The translations under genes were made by a program, and so were the position numbers. From Candidatus Rokuibacteriota bacterium (GTDB taxonomy: Bacteria > Methylomirabilota > Methylomirabilia > Rokubacteriales > CSP1-6), in assembly GCA_023249095.1 (NCBI GenBank), contig JAHFDK010000014.1:1-59710 (forward strand): a stretch of DNA of 59,710 nucleotides, read 5' to 3'. Positions 40,881 to 50,425 of this stretch are shown here, in pieces. Below the pieces are notes generated by a model. The model was given only the letters and a program-made list of their open reading frames with translations. It was not told where the DNA came from and ran no database searches. The stretch's first letter is position 1, and each line of letters begins with the position of its first letter.

Positions 40881-42382
40881 ACAAGATCGAAGCGCTCAAG
40901 GCCGAGCGCGACGGCCTCGACGTCACCGAAGACCTCGTACGCTTCGCCCGCGAGGGGTGGCGGACCATCGCCGACGACGACAAGGAGCGGCTGAAGTGGG
41001 TCGGCGTGTTCCACCGGAAGCCGACGCCGGGCCACTTCATGATGCGCATCCGGATGGCCAACGGCATCGTCACCGCGGCGCAGGCGCGCCTGCTCGGCGA
41101 GATCACGAAGGCGACGGGCCGGAACATCGCCGACGTGACCACGCGACAGCAGATTCAGCTCCGCTGGGTGACGATCGAGGGCGTGCCGGACGTCATCGCG
41201 CGCCTCGGGGCGGCGGGGCTGTCTAGCCTACAAACCGGCATGGACAATATTCGTGGCATCGTCGGGTGCCCTGCGACCGGCCTCACCCCGCACGAGCTGT
41301 TCGACACCGCGCCCATCGCGGCCGCGTTCCAGCGGATCTTTCTCGGCAACAAGGCGTTCACGAACCTGCCGCGGAAATTCAACGTCACGATCACCGGCTG
41401 TCTCGAGCACTGCACCGCCGGCGAGACCCAGGACATCTCGATGACGCCGGCGATCGCCACGCGCGATGGGGCGGAGGTCGCCGGGCTCAACGTCGCCGTC
41501 GGCGGCAAGCAGGGATCGGGCGGACCGCGGTTCGCGACCGATCTCGACGCCTTCGTCGCTCCCGGAGAAGCGGCGGACGTGTGCGCCGCGATCGCCCTCA
41601 TCTTTCGCGATCACGGCCCGCGCGAGGCGCGAAGCAAGGCCCGCCTCGCCTTCCTCGTGGACGAGTGGGGAGGCCAGCGGTTCCGCAAGGAGCTCGAAGC
41701 GCGCCTCGGGCGTGCATTGCCGCCGGCCGGGCGCGACGCCCGCGACGCCCGGGTCACCGATCACATCGGGATCTTCCGCCAGCGCGAGCCGGGCCTCAAC
41801 TACGTCGGGCTCAAGACGCCCGTGGGCCGTGTCACCGGCGACCAGCTCGTCGAGCTCGCGCGGCTCGCCGAGCGATACGGCCGCGGCGAGCTGCGCTTCA
41901 CGCCGTCGCAGAACGTGCTGCTCTCGCACGTCCCCGACGCGCTCCTGGGTGAGCTGACGCAGGAGCCGCTGCTGCGGGAGCTGCCGTATAACCCGTCGGA
42001 GATCCAGCGCGGTCTCGTCTCCTGCACCGGCACCGATTTCTGCAATCTCGCTCTGATCGACACGAAGACCCGAGCGCTGGCGCTGGCGCGCGAGTTCGAG
42101 CGGCGGCTCGAGACGTCGCGCCCGCTGACCGTGCGGTGGTCGGGCTGCCCCGCCTCCTGCGGCAACCACCACACGGCGGACGTCGGCCTGCAGGGATGCA
42201 AGGTGAAGGTCAACGGCCAGATCGTCGACGGCGTCCACGTCTTCGTCGGCGGCCGGGGCGGGCGGGAGCCGCGGGCCGCCGAGAAGATCCTGGAAGACGT
42301 GCCGTGCGACGAGCTGCCAGAGGTGCTGGACCGCCTGATCCGGTTCTTCCCGCGCGGTGAGCGGCGGAAGGAGGACGCGTGA
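40877..42382 (+). CDS. nirA: Ferredoxin-nitrite reductase
   Basis: MNKIE..K, TTRQQIQ, TGMDNIR, NLPRKFN, CTGTDFC and SGCPASCG siroheme/Fe4S4 ligands. Confidence 0.92.
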   Translation: MNKIEALKAERDGLDVTEDLVRFAREGWRTIADDDKERLKWVGVFHRKPTPGHFMMRIRMANGIVTAAQARLLGEITKATGRNIADVTTRQQIQLRWVTIEGVPDVIARLGAAGLSSLQTGMDNIRGIVGCPATGLTPHELFDTAPIAAAFQRIFLGNKAFTNLPRKFNVTITGCLEHCTAGETQDISMTPAIATRDGAEVAGLNVAVGGKQGSGGPRFATDLDAFVAPGEAADVCAAIALIFRDHGPREARSKARLAFLVDEWGGQRFRKELEARLGRALPPAGRDARDARVTDHIGIFRQREPGLNYVGLKTPVGRVTGDQLVELARLAERYGRGELRFTPSQNVLLSHVPDALLGELTQEPLLRELPYNPSEIQRGLVSCTGTDFCNLALIDTKTRALALAREFERRLETSRPLTVRWSGCPASCGNHHTADVGLQGCKVKVNGQIVDGVHVFVGGRGGREPRAAEKILEDVPCDELPEVLDRLIRFFPRGERRKEDA

Positions 42383-43149
42383 ATCGGGGATTCGTCTCGT
42401 TCGTCGGCGCCGGCCCCGGCGATCCCGAGCTGATCACGCTCAAGGGGTTGCGCCGGCTCCGTGAGGCGGAGGTCGTCCTGCACGACCGGCTGATCCCCCT
42501 GCCGCTCCTCGACGAGGTCAGCCAGGGCGCCACCATCATCGACGTCGGTAAGGCGCCCGGCCGTCCGTGTGTGGGCCAGGGGCACATCAACTGGCTGCTG
42601 GTGGACTGGGCGCGACGGCGCAAGCGCATCGTGCGGTTGAAGGGCGGCGATCCGGCCGTCTTCGGACGCCTCGGCGAGGAGATCGAGGCGGTGCGGTCGG
42701 CGGGGATCGCGTTCGAGGTCGTTCCGGGCGTCACCGCGGCGACGGCGGCGGCCGCGCGGCTCGGCATCTCGCTCACCGAGCGCGGGAGCGCCTCGATGAT
42801 CGTCTTCGCGACCGGCACCGACCGGACGGGCCACCTGCCGGCCACGCTCAACTGGGATATGCTCGCGCGCGCCGAGGGCACGCTCGTCTTCTATATGCCG
42901 GTCGGCGGGCTCGACTCGATCACCGCATCGCTCACGTCGCTGGGCCGTGATCCCCGCGAGCCGGCGATCCTGGTCGAGCACGCCGGCGTCGCCGGCGAGC
43001 GGGTGATCGCCGGTCGGCTCGGCGAGATCGCCGACGAGGCGCGCGCCGCCGGCGTCGGGCCGCCCGCGGTGCTGATCACGGGCCCGACCGTCGCGCTCGC
43101 CTCCGTGCCCCTGAGCGTCCGGCGGGTGCTCGCCGGCATGGGGACCTGA
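42379..43149 (+). CDS. cobA: Uroporphyrinogen-III C-methyltransferase (siroheme synthesis)
   Basis: VGAGPGDPELIT, VRLKGGDP.VFGR, VVPGVTA. Confidence 0.92.
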   Translation: MNRGFVSFVGAGPGDPELITLKGLRRLREAEVVLHDRLIPLPLLDEVSQGATIIDVGKAPGRPCVGQGHINWLLVDWARRRKRIVRLKGGDPAVFGRLGEEIEAVRSAGIAFEVVPGVTAATAAAARLGISLTERGSASMIVFATGTDRTGHLPATLNWDMLARAEGTLVFYMPVGGLDSITASLTSLGRDPREPAILVEHAGVAGERVIAGRLGEIADEARAAGVGPPAVLITGPTVALASVPLSVRRVLAGMGT

Positions 43150-43245
43150 GCCGTGCCCGACTACTGTGCGGGGGATCGAGGACAGGTTGCCGGCGCGGTC
43201 GATGGCGGGGCGGCGAGGGCCCGCGCGTGACGGATTAGCGGCCCC

Positions 43246-46200
43246 TTACTTGAGCGGGATCGTATGGAAGTCTCCCGAGCGGCTCCCGCCACCCGGCAAC
43301 ACGGCTGGCAGCACCGTTGGGCGAAGGGCGGGGTCGAGGGTGTGAAACCTCAGCGTATCCGTGCTGTAGAGACGCTTGTCGGCCAGGACGCGAAAGGCGA
43401 GCGAGGGGTCAAAGTCGATCTGGAAGGTGGTCGGCAGAGTTCCTTCTTCCCGCGGCACGTAGATCGACGTCGTCGACGCGTGGAACCAGGCGGCGTCGCG
43501 GCCGACGCTCACGATGTTCGCCGTCTCCCGCGTGCTCACCCGGTGCATGGTCGCGGCGCCGGCCGCGGGGTCCCAGAACACGATGCGCGCGAAGACGTCC
43601 GACGGATTGACCTGTGGCTCCTCGATCTCGAACACCAGCCGCTCCGGCTCGCCGCCGGTGCGGGTCCTCGCCTCGAAGTGGAAGATGGCGAGCTGCCGCC
43701 GCGGGGCGTCGGTGGTCACGTCGTAGCCGAACGTCGTCGCCCCGTCGACGCCGACGCAGAAGCGGTCCTGCCGAACCACCGCGAAGAAAAAGGGAGGCGC
43801 ATCCTTGGCCGCGATCTCCGGGCGAAATCTCACCGCTCCGAGGAACGTGGTGCCTTCGTTGGCATGGATCGCGTCGAACCGCACGAAACTGTCGGCCGGG
43901 GCGCAGGAGGCGCCGCGCTGATTGTTGCCGCTGTCGTAGGCGTAGCCCGTCACCACGGTGGCCGGCTCCGTGCTCGTGTCGACCCGGGTCACTAAGTGGA
44001 ACTCCGTAGCGGAGAAGGTCAGGTTCGTGTCATTCCAGCCCGTCGCCCGGGTCGTGTGCGCGAAGCTCACCACCGGTGGCGCCGTCGAGTGAAGCACCCG
44101 GCCGTTCGTCACGTCCACGACGTACCCGATGGCGTTGAACGACTGCGGGAACGCGTACGGCACCCCGAAGTTGTTGCCGGGCTGGAGCACAGGCGCCTCG
44201 CACGGGAACCCGCAGCCGGGCGCCGGCGACACGTATTTCTTGGTCGCGAACGTCGCGAACGAGTTGGGATCCGCCGGCGCCGTCAGCCTCACCTGGACGA
44301 GCGCCAGGATCGTGCCGTCCCGCCGCAGCGCCACCTGGGGGATCTGCCAGGTGTAGGGCCGGGTGGCGTTCGCCGTGAACTTGTCGAAGTCCAGGCTGAG
44401 GTTCCACGATGCCGCCAGGACCTTGGAGTCGGTGAAGGTCTCGACGGCCAGGTGGCTGAAACTGTTCTCGGTCCGCTGGGCGTTCACAAACGACTCCTCG
44501 TGGCGGAAGGTCACGAGCTTCTGCTCGAACTGGATGCCGTGGGTCAACTCCACCGTGGTCCCCAGCGCGAGGCCAAACGGTACGGAGACGCGCGCCCGCT
44601 CGACGAGCCGCACCACGCCGTTCTGCAGCGGCACCTCCGTCGCGCCCTCGGGCCGCAGGATCTCGAACGACGCGATCTGGTTCGGCTCGCCGAAGAGCCG
44701 CCCGAACGCCGTGCGACCCACCAGCGTGTTGTCGGCGTCGCCCCAGCGCAGGGTCACGACGTCCTCAATGGAGATCGGCAGCGGGAACACGCCGGCCGGC
44801 GAGCGCAGCATCCAGAACCCGCTATCGAAGTCGGGGAACACGTGCTCGACCCGCTGCCCGCCGAGCACCTTGCCGATCACGGCGCCGGGGTTGTCGACGG
44901 CCGGATCCAGGTTCGGGCGTTCCTCACCGACCTTGCCCTTGTAGACGGCCACGAAGCGCTCAGCTTGGGCCGGGGCCTGGAACGGCGCCGACCGCACGGG
45001 CGCATCCGGGACCGCCGTGACCGTAAGGTCAGACCCGATAGCGATCGCCGGCTGGCGGACGAACCGCGTCACCCCTGCAGGGTCGGTCACAGCGACGTCG
45101 GCGTAGAGGCTCAGCGTTCCGCCGTCGAGCGTCTCGGGCGAGGCGTTCTTGCCCTCGATCCGCACGAGGGTGGGATCGACCGCATCGGGCACCACGTCGA
45201 CGTCCAGCTTGCCGCGGAAGAAGTAGTCGAGCAACGCGGTGGAGTACGCGACGGCACGCGGCAGGAGTTTACGCGCGTAAGCCTCGTGGATCTTGTCGTC
45301 GAGGGACCAGCCGCCGAACCCGGGAGGCAGACCGGTTGCGGCCTGCAATGACTGGTGAAGAGCGCCTTCCATCACGAACGGTCGGACCGGCGCCCCCGCG
45401 GTTTCCTTAGCGAAATACTGCTGAAAGCTGCCGTCGGGCTGGGCGACGAACAGGTCGGGATCCGCCGAGCGAGGTCCGAGACTGCCGACGGCCGGGTGGG
45501 CAAACCTTTGAAAGACGGTGTCCTTGCTCAGATAGTTCCCGTTCGTGTACTCGGCGATGCCGACCAGAGCGGTGTCCGCGAGGCCAGCAGGATTGCCTGC
45601 CTTGAGATACGCGCCGGTGTCGATGAGTCGCGCGATCGGAACCGGCGCCCCCGCGGCCGGCGTGCCAGAGAAGCTGAATGCTGAGAGATCCGGCATGCCG
45701 CCCGGCGGCGTTCCATCAGCGAGCGCGTCGAAGAGTGATCGGCGGAGGCGGAGGGTGTACATGACCCAGTCCTCATAGGAATCGGGGTCGATCGGAATCC
45801 GCCCCTCGTCTGGTTGACCCAATCGGAACGTTCGCGTCGGATGAGCATCATTTCTGACGTGAGCCGGGACCGTCGCGTCCTGGATGAGATGCATCACGTG
45901 ACCGAGGCCGAGAAACGTCTCTCGAAACGCCTGGTCGCGCTCCCCTGTTGTTTCTCCCATGAGCGCCTGGAGGTACTCGCGGCGGGCTCCCTGCCAGGGT
46001 CGATCCTCGCCGCCGCTCGCGAAGGGGAACCCGAGGAGCGTGACGGGGTATGTGGCCTGCGCCGGATTCTGCTGCCACAAGAGCGATGACTGGCCGGTCG
46101 CGATGGCGAGGCCCAAAAAAGTGGTGCGCAGGCCGGCCTCTTGCAACGGGAGAAGAGGGTTGTGGAAGTGATTGAAGACACGAAGATCAGGGACGTCCTC

Positions 46201-46434
46201 CTGGCGGGAGCCGCGTGGGACCCAGAACCGAGCGGGTTGACCGGCGAAGGACCGTGCTCGTCCCTCTGGAAAGCCAAGCTCGTCACGAAGAATGATGTCG
46301 AGCGTCTGCGACCGGTCGACAACCTTTTGACTCAGCGCTTCATGAACGTCGACTTCGTAACTCTCTGCTAGAGCCGGAAACTGTGGCAGCAGCCAGCAGG
46401 CCAGGCACGCGTATCGCAACCATTGCCGGATCAT
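43246..46434 (-). CDS. Large exported protein with N-terminal zinc-dependent phospholipase C/P1-nuclease-like domain
   Basis: Signal peptide; NHFHNP and LGHVMHLIQDATVPAH motifs; beta-rich C-terminal region; atypical codon usage. Confidence 0.6.
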   Translation of the reverse strand: MIRQWLRYACLACWLLPQFPALAESYEVDVHEALSQKVVDRSQTLDIILRDELGFPEGRARSFAGQPARFWVPRGSRQEDVPDLRVFNHFHNPLLPLQEAGLRTTFLGLAIATGQSSLLWQQNPAQATYPVTLLGFPFASGGEDRPWQGARREYLQALMGETTGERDQAFRETFLGLGHVMHLIQDATVPAHVRNDAHPTRTFRLGQPDEGRIPIDPDSYEDWVMYTLRLRRSLFDALADGTPPGGMPDLSAFSFSGTPAAGAPVPIARLIDTGAYLKAGNPAGLADTALVGIAEYTNGNYLSKDTVFQRFAHPAVGSLGPRSADPDLFVAQPDGSFQQYFAKETAGAPVRPFVMEGALHQSLQAATGLPPGFGGWSLDDKIHEAYARKLLPRAVAYSTALLDYFFRGKLDVDVVPDAVDPTLVRIEGKNASPETLDGGTLSLYADVAVTDPAGVTRFVRQPAIAIGSDLTVTAVPDAPVRSAPFQAPAQAERFVAVYKGKVGEERPNLDPAVDNPGAVIGKVLGGQRVEHVFPDFDSGFWMLRSPAGVFPLPISIEDVVTLRWGDADNTLVGRTAFGRLFGEPNQIASFEILRPEGATEVPLQNGVVRLVERARVSVPFGLALGTTVELTHGIQFEQKLVTFRHEESFVNAQRTENSFSHLAVETFTDSKVLAASWNLSLDFDKFTANATRPYTWQIPQVALRRDGTILALVQVRLTAPADPNSFATFATKKYVSPAPGCGFPCEAPVLQPGNNFGVPYAFPQSFNAIGYVVDVTNGRVLHSTAPPVVSFAHTTRATGWNDTNLTFSATEFHLVTRVDTSTEPATVVTGYAYDSGNNQRGASCAPADSFVRFDAIHANEGTTFLGAVRFRPEIAAKDAPPFFFAVVRQDRFCVGVDGATTFGYDVTTDAPRRQLAIFHFEARTRTGGEPERLVFEIEEPQVNPSDVFARIVFWDPAAGAATMHRVSTRETANIVSVGRDAAWFHASTTSIYVPREEGTLPTTFQIDFDPSLAFRVLADKRLYSTDTLRFHTLDPALRPTVLPAVLPGGGSRSGDFHTIPLK

Positions 46435-47051
46435 TACCTTCGCTCCTGCGCTGGGGGGCCAAGTGGTGAAAGACCGAAGGCGCTTCGGGCCTTGTTGATC
46501 GCATTAAGAGTTAGAGGAATCTTTGATACAGGAACGTGTGTTGGAAAGGACTCCATTTTCACTTGCTCTTCCCGTGTTCGGGCAGGGGGCAACTCTACCT
46601 TGCCACCTTCTTCGGTCCAGACCGCCAGGGCCATCTCCTTCGCTTTGCGCATTTGTTCCTCGCCCGGGAGCTGCCGCCACTCCGCCGTGTCCTGGCCGGC
46701 GTATCGCCACTGTGCGTACCCGGGCTTGTAGTACTCGAAGAACGGCCCGCCGATGTCGGCGAAGAACGGGAAGCTCTTTTTCGGGATCTCCCACCGCCCC
46801 TGGGCGTCGGTGACGGCCTCCACCGCGTCGAAAAATTCCGGTGCCTGATGCCCCACCACGAGCTGAGCCAGGCTGAATCGGTACCGGTTCCAGTACGCCA
46901 GCACGACGACGCCTTCGAGCGGCTGCTTGGTCTCGGCGTCCAGCACCTGACCACGCCAGGGCCCCTTGGCCGCCGACGCCAGGCTCGGCGCTCCCACCAG
47001 CACGGCGAGGCCCAGGAGGATGCCCGCTAGCCGGGCCAGCGCGCCGGACAC
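46434..47051 (-). CDS. Exported protein with carboxypeptidase-regulatory-like (beta-sandwich) domain
   Basis: GTG start, signal peptide, GQVLDAETKQPLEGVVV, AVTDAQGRWEIP, YKPGY. Confidence 0.65.
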   Translation of the reverse strand: MSGALARLAGILLGLAVLVGAPSLASAAKGPWRGQVLDAETKQPLEGVVVLAYWNRYRFSLAQLVVGHQAPEFFDAVEAVTDAQGRWEIPKKSFPFFADIGGPFFEYYKPGYAQWRYAGQDTAEWRQLPGEEQMRKAKEMALAVWTEEGGKVELPPARTREEQVKMESFPTHVPVSKIPLTLNAINKARSAFGLSPLGPPAQERR

Positions 47052-47053
47052 CC

Positions 47054-49651
47054 TCAGAATCCCTGGATGCGCCACAAGCCGTCTCCGTCGATCACGAACC
47101 GGACCTCGAAGGACTTCATGACGCCGCCGTCGAGCCGAAGCATCCGGTAGATGGCCGCCCGATTTCGCACCTCCACCAGCGTGATAGCAGTCAGGATACT
47201 GTCGATGCCCGGCAGCTGAGCAGCAATCGTCTGGAACGCCGCTGCATATCCGTCCTGCGCCCGCAGGACGATCTGAGTCACGGCACGCGTGATATCGCCG
47301 GCCCGGAGCGCGTCCTTCATGGTCTGCCACTTGGCCCGGAGCAGCGTGTCGAGCGCCGCGCCATCGAGGACCTGCACGAGCGCTCGGGCCGTGGTACGCC
47401 CGCCCTGGGCGTCCACCACGGTCAGCGCCGGCAGATAGATGCCCAAGGCCGCGTACGTGAACTGCTGGCCGTCGAGGGTGGCGCCCGTGAAGTCCACCGT
47501 CCCGTTGCCGTCGAGATCCAGCTCGATGACACTACCCGACGCCGGCGTCGGAAAGAGCGCGAACGTCACGACCAGCGGAGTCTGCCCTACCTCCGGGAAC
47601 GGACGCAGCGCGATGGCCGCGGGCGCGGGAGTGCCGTTGACCGACACGGTGATCGAATGGCTCGTTTGTTGGCCTGCTGTCGTCTCGGCGGTCGCTTTCA
47701 CGGTCGTGACCGATGCATCGATGTCCGCGAGGACGAGGAATGTCGTGCCGACCACGGCTGCCGGCGCGCCGTTGACCGTGACTGTCACTTCCACTCCGCC
47801 GGCCTGGACGGTCCCGCGGATGACGATCGGGCCCGCCGGGACCGCGGCGCCGTCGCCCGGCTCGGTGATCGTCACAGTAAGTGCTGGCCCGACGGTAAAG
47901 GCGCGCGACGCTGGGCTGGCATCTTCATTGCCCGCCAGGTCGCGCGCTTTGACCGCGAAGACGTGCGGGCTCTCGGCGAGGCCCGAGAAGTTCGCGCTGG
48001 TGTCGGCAATGAAGGGCGACCAGGGGCCGCTGTCCAGGCGCCAGGAGAAGACGAGGCTCGGCCCGGCCGTCTGGTTGTCAGAGCCGCTGAAGCTGAACGT
48101 GGCGTTGCCGACGGGGATCTGACCGCTTGGCCCGGCGTCAATGAAAGTCTCCGGCGGAGTGTTGTCGGCGACCAGCACCCGGGTGGCCACCCCGGCATTC
48201 CCGGCGACGTCTTCGGCCTCTGCGGTCAAGGTGTAGATGCCGTCAGTGAACGCTGTCGTATTCCAGATTGCCGTGGCGGTGACCGAGGACGCCGACGGTG
48301 GCAGCGATGGAGTGAGCGTTGCCCCGAGTCGCTGCGTGCCGAGGCGCAGGGTGAAGGCGGCGACGCCGCTCCCCTGGTCCGTCGCTTGCGCTTCGATCGG
48401 AACAGCGCCACGGACGTGGCGGCCTGCGGGCGGCGCGATGATAGTGACCAGCGGGCCGATTTCGTCAGCGACGTTGGGCTCGCGGGCGCCGATGTCGAAG
48501 GCGGCCGTGCCCCCCGGCGTCCCGAGCCTCGGGCGAGCGGCAGGCATGAGGTAGTCGGACTCGAAGACGGGGTTCAGCAAAGGGTTGAACCCCAGCGTCC
48601 GCGGGTCAACCCCGGCGTCCAACAGCGGCGAGGCCGTGACCGGAGTGAAGTCGTCGTCATTGGTGTGGGCGTTGCCATCGGGGCCGGCGAGATTCGCGTA
48701 GACGCTGCTGGGGAGATCACACCCGGGGCTGGCGGTGACGCCCGACCCCTCCGAGCCCGTCGGCGTGCGGTTTCCCCCGTCGGTCGGATCGAGGATCGGG
48801 CCGTTCAGCTCGCCGAGGCGGTTGCCGCAGACGAGGTTGTTCAGGAGGCGGATGCCGGCGGGCTGGCGGTTCGTGGAGCCCTCGCGCTTGAAGCCGACGC
48901 GGCCGCCGGTGGAGCCGGTGGCGGTGCCGTTGCCGGTGATGGCGGTGTTGACGAGCCAGACGACGTGTTCGCGGGCGACGTCCAGGCCATTCCAGGCGTT
49001 CCCGTGGATGGTGTTGCCGACAAGGTAGTGGGGGCCGCCATGAGCGTCGATGAAAGTGATGCCGTTGCGGCCGTTGGCGTAGATGAGCGAGTTGGCGATG
49101 AGGGTGTCTGGGTTACCGCGGGCGATGGTGATACCGCCGTTGCACTCGGAGGAGCCGTTGCCGAAGATCCTCAGCCGGTCGAGGTGGATGGCGTCGTTCT
49201 GGTTGTTGCCGCCGAGCAGCGAGACGGCCTGGCCGCCGGCTCCGCTGATAGTGAGCCCACGTAGGGTGATGAACTTGGACTGCTGGAGTCTCACCGCGTG
49301 GCCGTTGGTGCACCGGGCGGTCGGCGGGCTCAGCAGGACGCTGCCGACGGGCGCGGAAAGGTCGATCTCGATGACGATGCGCTGGGTCTCCGAGGTGGCG
49401 CCGGAGTTCTTGCCGGTGATCTTGAGCTGCTCGATGTAGGTGCCGGGCTGGATGCGGACCGTATCACCGGCCTGGGCGGCGTTGATGGCGGCCTGGATCG
49501 TCGTGTAGCAGGGCGACTGGCCGCCGCATGTCGGATCGCTGACTGACACGTAGCGGATGGTTTGCGCGTCGACCGTACCCGGTAGGGCCAGGAGTCCCGC
49601 GCCGAACGCGAGCAAGAGAAGCCGACCGAGGCGCGCGCCGTGTGCGACCAT
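47054..49651 (-). CDS. Exported surface protein: right-handed beta-helix, Ig-like/PKD repeats, C-terminal 'KW..MK.AL..GD' domain
   Basis: TIQAAINAA..GDT, N-rich helix repeats, DGIYTLTAEAEDVAGN, DLDGNGTVD; start ATG 49651. Confidence 0.7.
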   Translation of the reverse strand: MVAHGARLGRLLLLAFGAGLLALPGTVDAQTIRYVSVSDPTCGGQSPCYTTIQAAINAAQAGDTVRIQPGTYIEQLKITGKNSGATSETQRIVIEIDLSAPVGSVLLSPPTARCTNGHAVRLQQSKFITLRGLTISGAGGQAVSLLGGNNQNDAIHLDRLRIFGNGSSECNGGITIARGNPDTLIANSLIYANGRNGITFIDAHGGPHYLVGNTIHGNAWNGLDVAREHVVWLVNTAITGNGTATGSTGGRVGFKREGSTNRQPAGIRLLNNLVCGNRLGELNGPILDPTDGGNRTPTGSEGSGVTASPGCDLPSSVYANLAGPDGNAHTNDDDFTPVTASPLLDAGVDPRTLGFNPLLNPVFESDYLMPAARPRLGTPGGTAAFDIGAREPNVADEIGPLVTIIAPPAGRHVRGAVPIEAQATDQGSGVAAFTLRLGTQRLGATLTPSLPPSASSVTATAIWNTTAFTDGIYTLTAEAEDVAGNAGVATRVLVADNTPPETFIDAGPSGQIPVGNATFSFSGSDNQTAGPSLVFSWRLDSGPWSPFIADTSANFSGLAESPHVFAVKARDLAGNEDASPASRAFTVGPALTVTITEPGDGAAVPAGPIVIRGTVQAGGVEVTVTVNGAPAAVVGTTFLVLADIDASVTTVKATAETTAGQQTSHSITVSVNGTPAPAAIALRPFPEVGQTPLVVTFALFPTPASGSVIELDLDGNGTVDFTGATLDGQQFTYAALGIYLPALTVVDAQGGRTTARALVQVLDGAALDTLLRAKWQTMKDALRAGDITRAVTQIVLRAQDGYAAAFQTIAAQLPGIDSILTAITLVEVRNRAAIYRMLRLDGGVMKSFEVRFVIDGDGLWRIQGF

Positions 49652-49973
49652 CGCCGTTCGCTCCCGTTGGTCTCCCTTTGGTGGAGATGGGGCCCTCTGC
49701 CTGTCGGCGCGCATTCGAAGCGATTGGCGCGCGCGCTGCCAGGGATGACTGCAGCGGGAACGGGCAAGTTCGAGGCCAGATCGAGACCACTGCCGCGACG
49801 CTCGCGATACCGAGCGGTTACGTCAAACCCAGACGCGCGACCCGGCTCGAGGAATCGCAACGCGGACTGCGCACACTGCAGCGACGGGAGTGCACGTTCT
49901 CACCGGAAACGATGCGATAGAATTCTCCGCTTCGTTCGGAGCGGAGGCGAGTCTCTATGAGGTGACCACCGCG

Positions 49974-50192
49974 ATGCCGCTTCGGACCGACTTCCCGCTG
50001 ACGACGGATCCGTTCAAGTACCGTCTGATGGAACTCGTGGGCGTGTACGGCGACGCGCTGCGCGAGCGCTGCAACGAGCTCTTCGGCGACGGGATCCTCT
50101 CGGCGATCGACTGCGTCGTGAAGCTCGAGAAGAAGGGCGAGCGCGGTGTCCTGACCATCGACGCGAAGTTCCTGCATTACAAAGAGTACTGA
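49974..50192 (+). CDS. cynS: Cyanate lyase (cyanase), catalytic C-terminal domain only, 72 aa
   Basis: TDP..YR..E...VYG.......E.FGDGILSAID...KFL.Y; RBS GAGGTG 9 nt upstream; TAGAAT at 49918. Confidence 0.8.
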   Translation: MPLRTDFPLTTDPFKYRLMELVGVYGDALRERCNELFGDGILSAIDCVVKLEKKGERGVLTIDAKFLHYKEY

Positions 50193-50298
50193 GGCGGGCG
50201 TGCCCGGCGCGTGAGCAAACCACGGTGTCTGCTTATTCGACGGGCACCGGTCGCGGAACGTGCAACGCTAAGTTCGCGTCAACGTTGGACCCCCTCGG

Positions 50299-50314
50299 CG
50301 GCACGCGCCTTGCT
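50299..50314 (+). promoter_or_regulatory. Sigma54 -24/-12 promoter of amtB-glnK
   Basis: CGGCAC-GCGCC-TTGCT; TGC-N11-GCA box at 50230-50246. Confidence 0.78.
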
Positions 50315-50328
50315 CTCGCGGGGGACGC

Positions 50329-50382
50329 GCGACAGCGACGTCGCAGAGACGGGTAATGGCGCCCGAGTTGGGCGCCATTTTT
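50329..50382 (+). terminator. ANTAR-type twin-hairpin leader with overlapping terminator
   Basis: GCGAC-AGCGAC-GTCGC; CGGGT-AATGGC-GCCCG; terminator AATGGCGCCC-GAGTT-GGGCGCCATT-TTT. Confidence 0.75.
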
Positions 50383-50425
50383 GCCGGGCGACTGCGCTCG
50401 CGCGCGGCCCGAGGAGGGCACGACC

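Noticed and set aside
43150-49900. Prophage or integrative element boundaries
   Set aside because: No integrase, tRNA, att-like direct repeats or phage genes recognised
49957-49965. ATG-AGG-TGA mini-ORF after GGAGG upstream of the cyanase
   Set aside because: Could arise by chance from the RBS sequence; no supporting evidence for a regulatory uORF
49890-49973. Longer cyanase start given in the ORF track
   Set aside because: No RBS, no clear similarity to the CynS N-domain, and it spans the candidate -10 element; ATG 49974 has a good RBS
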